Position numbers and translations under genes: made by a program | DNA from: Macrostomum lignano | Taxonomy: Eukaryota | Length of the DNA stretch: 64,000 bases | Assembly (NCBI GenBank): GCA_002269645.1 | Contig: NIVC01000815.1 | Coordinates: 299,902-363,901 of the forward strand | Reading direction: 5' to 3' | The notes under the pieces: generated by a model | Database searches by the model: none | What the model was told of the DNA's origin: nothing | What the model saw: only the letters and a program-made list of their open reading frames with translations | Shown here: one piece after another, positions 1 to 13,825 of the stretch | Position numbering within the stretch: position 1 is the stretch's first letter | Layout: each line of letters starts with the position of its first letter

Positions 1-249
1 AAAGCAATTGATAGTCGCTGAAATAAAAAATTATAATTTAATATACGAACGTAACCAATCAAATATCAACAGAAGAGCACTTTCTTCTTTAAAAATTCAG
101 CAAAAGTCAGCGTATTGCTGACTCAGGATTGAGAATGAAATATTTAGAGATATTCACCAGCCAGACACATAGCTATCCATAATTCCAAGAAACCGCAGTC
201 ACATCACGCTTTCCGGTCGGCTCTTAAGCAGGCCTGCTCAAGCGCAAAC

Positions 250-830
250 ATTGTCGCTCGATGCCCAGATGCTAGCCTGACTGACAGATCTCCCAGTGTG
301 GGAGCATGAGGAGGATTGAAGCGGGATGCAGGGGAATACTGGATCCTCTCAGCTCGATTCTGTCTTTAATTTGCCCCAGGCCAGGGCTATACTAGCTGTG
401 CTCAGTAATCCTTTTCCCGTGTTCGTGCTCAGACGCAATTTCAATCGAATCAGTTCACAGCATTGCACCATGCAGATCGGAGCACTGCGTACAACAGTTG
501 TTGAGAGTTAGCTGGGCTTTAAATAAACTGCACGGGCCTGCATGTTCTCGGTCGAGATAATCATATAATTCTGCATTCACTATATCATAGCGCCCAATCG
601 AACGGATAGGAGGCCAGAGAGTTTTTACCTTAGTTTGACAATTCGAAGCTGCATGCATGAGTCATGGCAGCAGGATGTGCCTGGAGTTTGGCGAATGGCA
701 TTAATATGCTTTTGAGAGACCGTGTGGCTGGGACCCATAGATCTTCTTGAGTAAGCTCATAAGGTTGGTGAAATCTTCTCAAAGGAACTGAGTCAGGGGG
801 GCGGTATCAGAAAGCGAATTATGCAGGGGA
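250..830 (-). mobile_element. Possible decayed non-LTR retrotransposon (APE endonuclease) remnant
   Basis: Minus-strand translation shows YRPP near 820, an SD(L)H-like motif and a W-G-K-L segment in an order typical of LINE ORF2; interrupted by stops and frameshifts. Confidence 0.3.
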
Positions 831-913
831 ATTATAAAGGCTATAGCCTAGCCGCCTTGGCATCTTTTACTGCCTCCGGAGCTAATAAAAATCGGATTAC
901 GGGACAGTCGCAG

Positions 914-954
<41 letters not shown>

Positions 955-3336
955 CATGAGTCTATTTGGCGAATATGATGACTATCCTTAGTTCTCGATC
1001 AAGAGCTATGATATATTCATAACTATATAGCTAATGACTCGAGCAGTTATAGATCAGAAATTATTAGTAGGGGATGTACATATGAATACTTTACTCAGAT
1101 GGGTTTGTAAGAACATACTAAACATTTTAGAGCAGATTTTCTAGTGTACACACAATGTCTGAAGCCGAACTGCGTGTTTGCCAAAATGCATTATATAGTC
1201 TAATCCAAGTTCTCAATCAACCTAACATACACGTTACATGTATGTGTATGTTTGCTCAAAGAAATCGAACACCATGTGGTTGTGAGATCCACACTGTACC
1301 ATATACATACTGTACGCTGTCGGAAACCTGGAAGCAGAATTCCATTTAATTGACTACATGTACGATTCCATTTTAATTTGAGTCTAAAACACATCGTTAT
1401 TAAGATATAATTAATTAGCTGAAGTATATTTGTACATGTACGAGTTCTATGCTGCAGTTCATTTATTTAAAAACATAAATGTACATTTGATTGTTCTTCC
1501 AGTTGACATGCGATAGATACATTTAACACAGTTTTATTATTAGATTTAAATTTTTAGTCTTTCTTAGCTACAAGTGTATGGATTTTAACCCACATTGTTG
1601 CATATACATGTACATATTATATGTAATCTTAATTACCGTCACTGCACTCAATTTGTAATAGACATTCAGGATGCAGCGCGCTATCAGTTGGTGCATCACT
1701 TTGCCAAAATCAATTAAAATAAAAAATATCGAACACCCTACATGTAGACACGTAGTATAAATGCTATAGCGGTCCTTGGTAGTAAATGTAGATCTACGTG
1801 TACTAGATTTTTCTCATCATAGCTCCGAAGATCGTTGAGTCGCAGCAGTGTTCATTAAGGGTCTCTCATCTGTTCAGATAACTACTTAATCAATGAAAAC
1901 TCTACTCTTGTTGTACTCTTGTAATAATCTTGTTCTGTTCAATGTTTCCTGCTATAAACATCCGTAATAGAGTACAGTATCATACATAATATACATGTAT
2001 ATGCCTCATCGCCAAAACGCAGAGTACTGTGGTAAAGTTGCGCGTCCGAGAAAAAGTAGAATTAAGAAGGTGAGCGCTATAATCTTTTATGCGACATGTT
2101 TCACCTTCTTAAAACGCAGTCGTTTGATGATAGTAGGTAAAGTAATGTAATTCTAGTGATCCCTACTAGTGAGTAAAATTAAAGATCCTGGTAGCCGCAG
2201 AATAAAATTTACTGACCACAGAATTGCGATTGTGTACTGTATTTTGTTTTCTATTTTTATACATCGATCAAGTCAGTAAATTAAACTTCTCAAAACAGCA
2301 CGTCAAACAGAGTCCGGAACAATGAGTACATTATGTAAAACAATATAAAAGCATGAAACAAAAATTATTTGATAATAACTCATAATATAGTCAATAGAAG
2401 AACGAAAAGTAAACTAAATTTTAATAACTTACACGGGTACTTGACAAATATATTAGATCTTAAAATGTTTTCGTACATTTAAATCACAAAAATAATCTGA
2501 TTAAACGGAATATTAATATCGAATATATATTGATAGCACTGAGCTGTATATGCGTATGCGGTCGATTTATTTTTAAATATATAATATTAATAGTCTGTTA
2601 CTGGGATAAATTCGCAGTCTTCATAAGACGCTTTAGTTTCAATAAATATGACAATTCAATACGTAATACAAATCAAAAAGTTAAAGTATAGCAATCACAG
2701 TAACAGTATTGTATTGCTCTCAAAATTTTAGTTACTGGCACTCTACTGCACTGCCGTAGTGCAGTTTTGAAGTTTTGAAGCATAGAATTAGTCATAATGC
2801 TTAATCAGGCCAAAGTCTCTTAAAAGTATTTATTTGTATTTAAATAGTTTATAGATTACTTTTCTGGAGTCTATATAATTTAAAACATAACTTGACAATT
2901 GCCAATATTTAAAATATTATTAGTATATATTCCAATTAAACTAAAATTAAATATCAAATGAACAAATTAAATAATTAAACTAAAGTAAAGACTATATAAA
3001 ATTTTTTGTATCAATCAATCCATTAAAAAGCCCATGTGTTCCTTTTGTTTTTGGTCAATAAATTATTTTAGACTTATTTTTTTATGAATAATATGAACAA
3101 TAAATCAATGCCAATAGACAATAAACTTTAAACAAATAATTAACAATAAATTGAAATTGTAGTTCTTATAGAAGGCCCTAGACCTAGTATAGCAACTATT
3201 ATAGGCCCTAATAGATATTAGATGCTGGCTTAGCCTTATCCTAGATTCCTAGATGCATTCTGTGTACACTAAAAAAATTTGCCCATATATAGATATATTG
3301 TTGATAAACCAATGGCAATGCAATTGCATAGACTTT

Positions 3337-5720
3337 ATAGGCTGCATAAACTCATAGGCTCAAAAAATCATATTGTTGAAAACTGATTTAGCAACCACCA
3401 TCACAAGCCCTATTGGAATAAGTTTTCAGACACTGTGGACAGTGCATCTAGTGCGCCATGGCAATCATAAAGTGGCCTGGACGGTGCGTCATGACAATCT
3501 TCAAATCCTAAGGTGGTATGGACGCCATAGTCAGGAAGGTGGCAGAGTGTGCGCCGGAACAAATTTTGGCCTCTCCCAAAATTGTGCGCCGTGCGCCGAC
3601 ACAAAAACCCTCGTGTGCGCCGTTGTGCGCCCGCCACTACCTGCCTTGCGACAATAAAAGACCTTTTTTTACAACATAGCAACAATTTTTGTGCGCCAAT
3701 ATACGGGACGGTTACGGGCTATCTATATTATATTATGAGAAATTGAGATCGTTAAACCGAAAATAGAAATTTAAAAAATTTTTAATTAAATTTCTAATTT
3801 TTAAAACAAAACAAATATAAAAAGTAAGCAAATGGCAAAAACAAAGGTAAAAAGGAAAAGGAAAATATTTTATTTTATTTTTTATTTTTTGGTAGAATGC
3901 AGTGTTACATTAGATAGAACAGTGAATAGTGTACTGTAACAAGTAACGACTTACATCGTTACATGGGATCGCCACAAGGGTAACGCTGCTGTATGTAGCG
4001 CGTGATGTCCTCCTTGCATCTTACCTGTGAGCTGCTGTGCGTCACAGGCTACGCGCGCCATGCGCCATGACTATGAGGAAAAAGAAAAAGTGCGCCGGAC
4101 GCCGTCCGCGAAAATACCACTTATTCCAATAGGGATCACAAGCTCAAAAACTCACAAGCCCAAAAAACCACATCATCAAAAACTGATTTAGCAACCACCA
4201 TCACAAGCTCAAAAACTCATATCGTTGAAAACTGATTTAGCAGCCATTTATTAAAATTATATAAAAAGTAAACTTCTACTACTATGGTTTGTTTAAAAAA
4301 TAATATTGTTTTATTCTCCAGTTTTTTTAAGCGATTAAGTGAAATAGAGCTAGTTAAATTTTTAAGCATCTTATCTCCTAAGTGAAAACAAAACTTAACT
4401 TATATAAGGCAGCATAATACTATATTATTGTACTGTGGCGGAGAGTACACTCTGCCCCCAGACAGTCTGTCCCCTAGCGTCCGGTGCATTGTCTTAGCAG
4501 GGATGTGTCATCCACCTCTGTGTGGCATAGACCAAGCCAATTTAGTTGGCTCAACCTCTGTGGGATCTGTGTGTCTGGGGGCTGGGGTTACAAAGACTCA
4601 TATTGCGCTGGCCTACCAGAAGGCTCTTTATATCCCCAATCCATGCTTCACATTTTTTCCACTCTGCAAAATACACTCCATGTGCAATACATAGCAAGTT
4701 TTGTCAGGCGCTACAATACTGTGCTATAATGTAATTTAGATATAAACTTTTTTTCTTTCATTTACTTTGTACTGTACTATAATGTAATTCAGATATAAAC
4801 TTTCTTTATTTCATTCACTAAGTTAAGTATAATATAGCTGTATTAATAGTAATAGTTCTGTGACGTGGATATTTCCATTAATAACCTATAGTATACTGTA
4901 CTATATACAATACTAAATTATAGTTTTCAATGTAGCTATAATAAGAACACATTCAATATACTCAAAAAAGAACAATAGCTTGCAATTCCATAGATAAATG
5001 TACTATACAATCATAAAGCAGTCCAAAAGATGAAACAAGTGAACAAATTAATGGTAGCTAAATTGTTTGTTATAGTCAATCACCACATAACCTCCACAGG
5101 TGGCACAATCCAATCTGAGGCTGCTGGTCATTTAGCTATCCAGCCATTTTTAGTTGTAGCATGTTATCTTTGTTGTTAGTATTACTTCGTTTTTCAACTA
5201 CCTTTTCAAATGTAGCTTTAGTTGTACTTCCTAATTTGATGATTATGCTTAAAATCAATGATAAAATCAAATCTTAAAACAATGATCCTTAAAATACAAA
5301 ATTGAGACCATTAAATAAACTTGTCAGAGTGGAGCTAGGTTACCAAAGAAGAGTTTAAAAAAGGGCAGTCAGTACAAAGATGCCAGTTTTTGGAAGATTT
5401 CTGCCATTGTTTCAGTCTTCACCATTCTAAGTTTATTTATTATTACCAATTGTCCTTCATACAATACTATTCAAATTTATGTTGTATGGACTAAATTTGT
5501 CCTAAAATATCCAATACAATGTGTTGGTGGCAGCTAAATCAGTTTTTAAAGATGTGATTTTTCATGCTTGTGACTTTTTGAGCTTTTGTTGCTAAACTTT
5601 TCGACGATGTGAGCTAAACTTTTCGACAATGTGAGTTTTTGAGCTTATGACTTTTCGAGCTTGTGATGGAGCCCTGTTTTGATGATTTGATTTTTCGAGC
5701 TTGTGATGGCAACCCATTTC
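3337..5720. mobile_element. Older degenerate TIR element with subterminal repeats hosting the 3408-4134 MITE
   Basis: aaaactgatttagcaaccaccatcacaagctcaaaaa repeated at 3378, 4178 and 4228, with reverse-complement copies at ~5530-5715. Confidence 0.5.
3408..4134. mobile_element. Non-autonomous DNA transposon (MITE), 727 bp, 15-bp TIR, 8-bp TSD
   Basis: TIR ccctattggaataag / cttattccaataggg; TSD atcacaag at 3400-3407 and 4135-4142; internal tgcgcc repeats. Confidence 0.85.
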
Positions 5721-6210
5721 AATTGCGCAAATAGCTATTAGATTAGGAAGTCTATGCTATTATCTATTGTAGATATAGTGAAACATTTAAAAAATATCTT
5801 TTTTGAAAATACATAATGTATGTTTACTATATATACTATTTTATAAAGTTCACAGCATAATAACTTAAAGATGCAACCATTTTACTTAATTAAGTTTTTA
5901 TCAATTTATCAATGTAATTAGAACTAAAATAGTTTATTATAAATATATATGGATGAATGCAGTTGTGTTTAAGTAATTAGCCAATTTGTATATTTAAATT
6001 AATTTAATTTCTAGGCAGAGGCTGGAGCATATCTAGGATTTTTTGGAGAAATGGCTGACTTATTTGACCATTTTGATATGCCATAAATGCTACTCCACTA
6101 GAAATCTAAGGTTATAACAATCAAGCATTGTACTCTATTTCTGGCTATCCCAGTCAGTATTGCATGTGCTAGTAAATAAACTGATTATTGGCAGCAGTAG
6201 CAGCAGCACT

Positions 6211-7890
6211 ATGCAGGCAGCTCAATCTGGCTGGCCAGCAGCTGTTGCCGCTGCCGCGTCCTCTGCTCCCTCAGCAGCAACAACTAGTGTTACCATGGAG
6301 ACCAGAGACAATTACTCTGAAGGCAATGGTCGGGCAATTATGAAAGTGGAGGAAGACGACATAGATGAGGAAGAAGCAGATGATCCGCAGCAGCGGCGAG
6401 ATCAGGATCCAGACGATGACGCTGAGGGCGTGTGGAGTCAGGACATCGAGCAGAGCTTCCAAGAGGCGCTGGCCATGTATCCACCTTGTGGGCGGCGGAA
6501 AATCATTCTGCAGGAGGAGGGCAGAATGTATGGTGAGTTGGCTTTATTGCTTAATGGGAATCGCTCCCTTGCTCAGAGGCGAATCGCTCATTTGCTCAGA
6601 GGGGAATCGCTCATTTGCTCAGAGGGGAATCGCTCATTTGCTCAGAGGGGAATCGCTCATTTGCTCAGAGGCGAATCGCTCATTTGCTCAGAGGCGAATC
6701 GCTCATTTGCTCAGAGGCGAATCGCTCATTTGCTCAGAGGCGAATCGCTCATTTGCTCAGAGGCGAATCGCTCATTTGCTCAGAGGCGAATCGCTCATTT
6801 GCTCAGAGGCGAATCGCTCATTTGCTCAGAGGCGAATCGCTCATTTGCTCAGAGGGGAATCGCTCATTTGCTCAGAGGGGAATCGCTCATTTGCTCAGAG
6901 GCGAATCGCTCATTTGCTCAGAGGGGAATCGCTCATTTGCTTAGAGGGGAATCGCTCATTTGCTCAGAGGGGAATCGCTCATTTGCTCAGAGGGGAATCG
7001 CTCATTTGCTCAGAGGGGAATCGCTCATTTGCTCAGAGGCGAATCGCTCATTTGCTTAGAGGGGAATCGCTCATTTGCTCAGAGGGTAATCGCTCATTTG
7101 CTCAGAGGGGAATCGCTCATTTGCTCAGAGGGGAATCGCTCATTTGCTCAGAGGGGAATCGCTCATTTGCTCAGAGGGGAATCGCTCATTTGCTTAGAGG
7201 GGAATCGCTCATTTACTAAGGGGGAATTTATCATTTGCTCAGGGGGAATCTCACTCCTTGGCAACAGTCTCTGTGCTTCACTCAAAACGCTCTTATCATT
7301 GCCGCCCGCCTATATGGCATGGGTCAGAAAGGGAGAATCCTAAAAATATTGTAATCTTGCGCTATGCGCGGCATTGCACGCCGTGGACTTGAAGATACCC
7401 CCCACGCCCACACGTGCCAGAGTTCCTGTGCATTCATTCGCTCACTCATCCGCTGACCAGAGTGACTGTGCATTCGGCATTGCTGGCCAAAACGTTGAAT
7501 TCCTAATAACAACTGTACACGCGCACACCTTGTACGCTCCTGTTAAATAACCTGTACCTTGTGTAACTGTAGCTACTGTACTCAGTACTGTACAGTTCCA
7601 TGCATTATATTGTAGACTCTATAAAAAAACGTATAAAAAGCCTTTTTGGCTTTCCTACATGAGAGTCGGAAAATGGATTTATAGACATGCATACATCCTA
7701 TTCTTTGTGTCAGCAATGTGGAGACTGTGGGTTAGGCCTGTCGTATCTCTCTCTCTCTCTCTCTCTCCATGTGGGTCTCCTGTCAATATAAAATACTAGC
7801 CTACACATAGTGGTGCGCGCACACAGCTTATAGCTCTCTATACTAGTGAGTAGGGGGGGGGGTTAAGAAGTTGGCGTGGATGCATTGAAT

Positions 7891-7966
<76 letters not shown>

Positions 7967-10900
7967 CCTTTCCCTAGCCAGTATGAGGACAGAGTGTTGA
8001 GTAGGATCTGCGAGTGCACAGTTATAGAGCTAGCTATTTGGCTGGGGTAGATGCGTCCCTGCATCCCAGCTCTCAAGCTATTCATTTTTATTCTGCCTGG
8101 ATTTTCCCGGCTTGTTTTGTTCTCGGGATGGAGAATTTTTTGCTGAATTATATTTCCTTCTAGCTGCTATAGTATTGCGGAATCCTTGCTGCTCTTGTAG
8201 ATGGGGCAAGTCTCATAGATGGGGCAAGTCTCATAGATGGCCAAGTCTCATGGATAGACCAAGTCTCATAGATGGGCCAAGTCTCATAGTTGGGGAAAGT
8301 CTCATAGATAGGGCAAGTCTCATAGATAAGGCAAGTCTCATAGATGGGCCAAGTCTCATAGATGGGACAAGTGTCATAGATGGCCAAGTCTCATAGATAG
8401 ACCAAGTCTCATAGATGGGGCAAGTCTCATGGATAGACCAAGTCTCATAGATAGTCTCATAGACATTGGCCCATCTATCAAGTCTCATAGATGGGCCAAG
8501 TCTCATAGATGGGGCAAGTCTCATAGATGGGGCAAGTCTCATAGTTGGGGAAAGTCTCATAGATAGGGCAAGTCTCATAGATAAGGCAAGTCTCATAGAT
8601 GGGCCAAGTCTCATAGATGGGACAAGTGTCATAGATGGCCAAGTCTCATAGATAGACCAAGTCTCATAGATGGGGCAAGTCTCATGGATAGACCAAGTCT
8701 CATAGATAGTCTCATAGACATTGGCCCATCTATCAAGTCTCATAGATGGGCCAAGTCTCATAGATGGGGCAAGTCTCATAGATGGGGCAAGTCTCATAGA
8801 TGGGGCAAGTCTCATAGATGGGGCAAGTCTCATAGATGGGGCAAGTCTCATAGATGGGCCAAGTCTCATAGATGGGCCAAGTCTCATAGATAGACCAAGT
8901 CTCATAGATGGGCCAAGTCTCATAGATAGACCAAGTCTCATAGATGGGGCAAGTCTCATAGATAAGGCAAGTCTCATAGATGGGACAAGTGTCATAGATG
9001 GCCAAGTCTCATAGATGGGCCAAGTCTCATAGATGGGACAAGTGTCATAGATGGCCAAGTCTCATAGATAGACCAAGTCTCATAGATGGGGCAAGTCTCA
9101 TGGATAGACCAAGTCTCATAGATAGTCTCATAGACATTGGCCCATCTATCAAGTCTCATAGATAGGGCAAGTCTCATAGATAAGGCAAGTCTCATAGATG
9201 GGACAAGTGTCATAGATGGCCAAGTCTCATAGATGGGCCAAGTCTCATAGTTGGGGAAAGTCTCATAGATAGGGCAAGTCTCATAGTTGGGGAAAGTCTC
9301 ATAGATAGGGCAAGTCTCATAGATAGGGCAAGTCTCATAGATAAGGCAAGTCTCATAGATGGGGCAAGTCTCATAGATGGGGCAAGTCTCATAGATAGGG
9401 CAAGTCTCATAAATGGGCAAGTCTCATAGATGGGGCAAGTCTCATAGATGGGGCAAGTCTCATAGATGGGGCAAGTCTCATAGATGGGGCAAGTCTCATA
9501 GATGGGGCAAGTCTCATAGATGGGCAAAACTCACAGATGGGACAGGCAAGGCAAGCCAAAGAACAGGGTTTCAGAGCAACAATCCGACTGCATTTGCCCA
9601 GGTCGCAACGAGCTGATAGCACGCTACATCCGGCTCCGCACCGGCAAGACTCGCACGCGAAAGCAGGTGTCCAGTCACATCCAGGTGCTGGCCAGGCGCA
9701 GAACTAAAGAGGTGCAGAGCAACATCCGGGATCCGGCTACTAAAGAGCGGGCTATGCAAACTCTTAGCCAGTTGAGCTCCGCCCAGATTGTTAGCGCCGG
9801 TCTGGCTCCGGCTTCTACTAGGGGACAACAGCAGCAACAGCAACATCAGCCAGAGCCAGCATCAACAACAGTAGTCTCAGAATCTCTGGAGCCAGATTCT
9901 CCCGTGTCCATTGCCGGGCCTCGGCTTCGATTGCGAGAATTGATCGCTTTCGTTGAAGCTCCATCATTGGCTGATCCGGCCGACTCGAGCCAGCAGCAGC
10001 AACAGCAGCGTCGGGTTTGCCCCGACCAGCGCCATTTGTTTGCCAGCCTGACGGCCGCCTCCGCCGACGCCGCTCCGCCGCCCCTGGAATGCGTCGACGT
10101 GTCGCAGATTGCCGACAAATTTCCCGAGCGTCGTGGCGGCCTGCGCGACTTTCTGGAGTCCGGACCGGACGGGGCCGCCTATCTGGTGAAGTTCTGGGCG
10201 GATATTAATACACCTATCCCGGATGAGGCTGGCGCTTTCTACGGATTCGGGACCACGTGAGCTGCCGGCTTTCATTCATATGGGCTAGTATCCTTTCTCA
10301 GCTCATTGGCTAATCTCACTCTGTGTTGATCTATTCTCAGTTCATTTAATATCAAATCTCACCCAGTGTTGATCTATGCTCAGCTCATTTGACATCTATC
10401 TCATCCTGTGTCGATCTATTCTCAGCTCATTTGACATCTATCTCATCCTGTGTCGATCTATTCTCAGCTCATTTGACATCTATCTCATCCTGTGTTGATC
10501 TATTCTCAGCTCATTTGACATCTATCTCATCCTGTGTCGATCTATTCTCAGCTCATTTGACATCTATCTCATCCTGTGTCGATCTATTCTCAGCTCATTT
10601 GACATCTATCTCATCCTGTGTTGATCTATTCTCAGCTCATTTGACATCTATCTCATCCTGTGTTGATCTATTCTCAGCTAATTTGACATCTATCTCATCC
10701 TGTGTTGATCTATTCTCAGCTAATTTGACATCTATCTCATCCTGTGTTAATCTATTCTCAGCTCATTTGACATCTATCTCATCCTGTGTTGATCTATTCT
10801 CAGCTCATTTGACATCTATCTCATCCTGTGTTGATCTATTCTCAGCTAATTTGACATCTATCTCATCCTGTGTTAATCTATTCTCAGCTCATTTAATATC

Positions 10901-11683
10901 CAATCAAAGCCTGTGTTGATTTGTTTATTCGAGCTTATTTAACACCCAATCTATTTTTATTGGAGTTAATTCATTCTCACCCTATACTGGTCTATTCTCA
11001 GCTCATTTCAAATCCAATCCCATCCATCGAATATTACTACCTGAGCTCATCAGTTGGCATCTAATTTGCGTAATAAGTCTCTCGTCTCTATGCCGCCGCC
11101 TCCATATTTCACACAGAAATAGCTGAAGCGTGCTTCCCTCTGTTTTTTGAAAAAAAAACCAGAGAATCGTTTTTGCTTGCTGCTCCTGGTTGTGGCGGCT
11201 CAGCAGCAGAGAAATCCATACTGTAGGGCAAATAGGCAGTGACGTTGGCGTAGGTAAGGTAAAGGGAAGTGGAGAAGACCTCTAGAAGCAACTCAATCAA
11301 TACCAGCTTTGTAGATGCAAAGGTTGGTGTAGTAAGAGCTAGAAATTTCTCTCCATGTTTATTAGGCTGTTTATTCAGTAGGGAAACATTGCCAGCTAAA
11401 AGTCTGAGGGACAATAAAGCAGGAAGAAATGAAGGATGAATGAGAGGATGGGACTGACTATTAATTTTTTGTCTCTAGCCTGAGTATGAAAGAGAGTATC
11501 ATCGTCCCCCATTAAATCGGGTTTAAGACTTGCGCTCCAATTGCATCTATAGCACTTTCTATCTATTCCACTATTTGTATTTTACTGATTTTAACTTACT
11601 ACTAATACCAGGTACTACTACTACTACTAATACTACCACTACTACTACCACCACCACTACTACTGCTACTACTACTACTGCTG

Positions 11684-11722
<39 letters not shown>

Positions 11723-11724
11723 AA

Positions 11725-11803
<79 letters not shown>

Positions 11804-13222
11804 AATAGCTTACAAGGATTTTATTCGCTTCATTCCTCCGTCTCAAGGTACGAAAGTACAGAGCGTCTAACGCTTTCCTGCTCAACTAAAGTGTGCTCAT
11901 TCGGCCGGCAAGTAGTTGAGAAAGTTGAGAAGCATATTGGTCCTAGGCTCGAGTCTGGCCGCTACGTATATCAAAGCGATCGAAGCCCGATGTGCGAGTA
12001 CATGGTGAACTTTATTACTAAGTTGCGGCAGCTACCGGAAAAGTACATGATGAATACTGTGTTGGAAAATTTTACTATTCTTCAGGTGAGAACTTGACTA
12101 GTATATGTTCCCATCTATTATTTACCCCTTGTCTAACAGTGAGCTCACACCTCACACCATTACCTATATCAGAGTGAGTTCACATCTATATCAGAGTGAG
12201 TTCACATCTATGTAAGAGTGAGTTCACACCTATATCAGAGTAAGTTCACACCTTATATCAGAGTGATTTCACACCTATATCAGAGTGAGTTCACCTATAT
12301 AAGCGTGAGTTCACATCTATACCTATATCAGAGTGAGTTCACACCTATATCAGAGTGAGTTCACACCTTATATCAGAGTGATTTCACACCTATATCAGAG
12401 TGAGTTCACCTATATAAGCGTGAGTTCACATCTATACCTATATCAGAGTGATTTCACACCTATATCAGAGTGAGTTCACCTATATAAGCGTGAGTTCACA
12501 TCTATACCTATATCAGAGTGAGTTCACACCTATATCAGAGTGAGTTCACACCTTATATCAGAGTGATTTCACACCTATATCAGAGTGAGTTCACCTATAT
12601 AAGCGTGAGTTCACATCTATACCTATATCAGAGTGAGTTCACACCTATATCAGAGTGAGTTCACCTATATAAGCGTGAGTTCACACCTATATCAGAGTGA
12701 TTTCACACCTATATCAGAGTGAGTTCACACCTATATCAGAGTGATTTCACACCTATATCAGAGTGAGTTCACACCTATATCAGAGTGAATTCACACCTAT
12801 ATCAGAGTGAGTTCACACCTATATCAGAGTGAATTCACACCTATATCAGAGTGAGTTCACACCTATATCAGAGTGATTTCACACCTATATCAGAGTGAGT
12901 TCACACCTATATCAGAGTGAGTTCACACCTATATCAGAGTGAGTTCACACCTATATCAGAGTGAATTCACACCTATATCAGAGTGAGTTCACACCTATAT
13001 CAGAGTGAGTTCACACCTATATCAGAGTGAGTTCACACCTATATCAGAGTGAGTTCACACCTATATCAGAGTGAGTTCACACCTACATGTATATGAGTGA
13101 TCTCACACCCGCAGGTGATCAATTGCGAATCGAGCGGCGACTCCCTGCTCTGCATTGCTTACGTATTCGAAGTGTCCTCAGGCGCGGCTCAGCATCACGT
13201 TTACCGGCTTAGCAGAGGCTAA
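6211..13222 (+). CDS. TEAD: TEAD/scalloped (TEF-1 family) transcription factor, 4 exons, 440 aa
   Basis: Exons 6211-6532, 9602-10256, 11848-12085 and 13115-13222, all GT-AG and frame-consistent (1323 nt). TEA domain [39 protein letters not shown]|[35 protein letters not shown]-binding domain [10 protein letters not shown]...[17 protein letters not shown]...[14 protein letters not shown]|V...[11 protein letters not shown]...QHHVYRL. AATAAA overlaps the TAA stop. Confidence 0.96.
6557..7215. repeat. 23-bp tandem array (gaatcgctcatttgctcagagg[c/g]) in TEAD intron 1
   Basis: About 28 copies; 23-aa periodic pseudo-ORFs. Confidence 0.95.
8198..9530. repeat. 18-bp tandem array (aagtctcatagatggggc) with higher-order blocks in TEAD intron 1
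   Basis: About 70 copies; SLIDGA/MRLAPS pseudo-ORFs. Confidence 0.95.
10385..10920. repeat. 42-bp tandem array in TEAD intron 2
   Basis: 14-aa period [14 protein letters not shown]; degenerate copies on both flanks. Confidence 0.95.
11612..11803. repeat. (ACT)n microsatellite just upstream of TEAD exon 3
   Basis: Direct inspection. Confidence 0.95.
12165..13085. repeat. 22-bp tandem array (atatcagagtgagttcacacct) filling TEAD intron 3
   Basis: About 40 copies, ending ~25 nt before the acceptor. Confidence 0.95.
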
Positions 13223-13825
13223 TAAATATTCGGCCTTTAAACTGTATTTTCTATTAAGTAAAATTTAATAGACTCTCATCAAGCAGTTGCTGTTAATGCT
13301 AGCACGGTCTCTTATTAATTTAGCTGGCTTGCTACCTGTAGCTACCTAATAGTATGTTTGTCTCAGTGCCTTCCTACATTTTTAAACTTTTAACAACACT
13401 GTCGCTAATGTTTTTTTTTAATATACACAGGGTAAAACCGTACGCTATGCTTCCAATATATTGTCATCCAGTGCCTTTTTGACTATCTCCTAGCTGTCTG
13501 ACTTAATTTCTTTGTTTAATTAATTTTTGTTTAAAACAGCTCTTTTTATATAAAAAACTTGTTCGTCTTTAAAACTGTTACACCATATCGTTGCTCTGTG
13601 TCTTCCCAAGTTTTTATTGAAACAAATCAGGGTGCTTTCTGTCCTTAGTTCTTGTCAGAATACTTCAAATTTGTCAGGTTAATTGTCCGCCACATTTTTT
13701 CTAACACGAGTATAGTGTAGTTAAAATATTTTACTTTTCAAATGTTCTCTGAGGCTTTCAGATCCTTCTTTTAAGATTCTATTCCTTTAGAATCTGTTAA
13801 ATCCCTTTTTTGGGAGGTTTTCGAT

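Noticed and set aside
11109-11414. 101-aa minus-strand ORF in TEAD intron 2
   Set aside because: TTG start, no recognisable motif, and no TIR or TSD found around it.
6533-12160. Long ORFs at 6365-7343, 8112-9622, 10389-10919 and 11530-11885
   Set aside because: They translate intronic tandem repeats of the TEAD gene.
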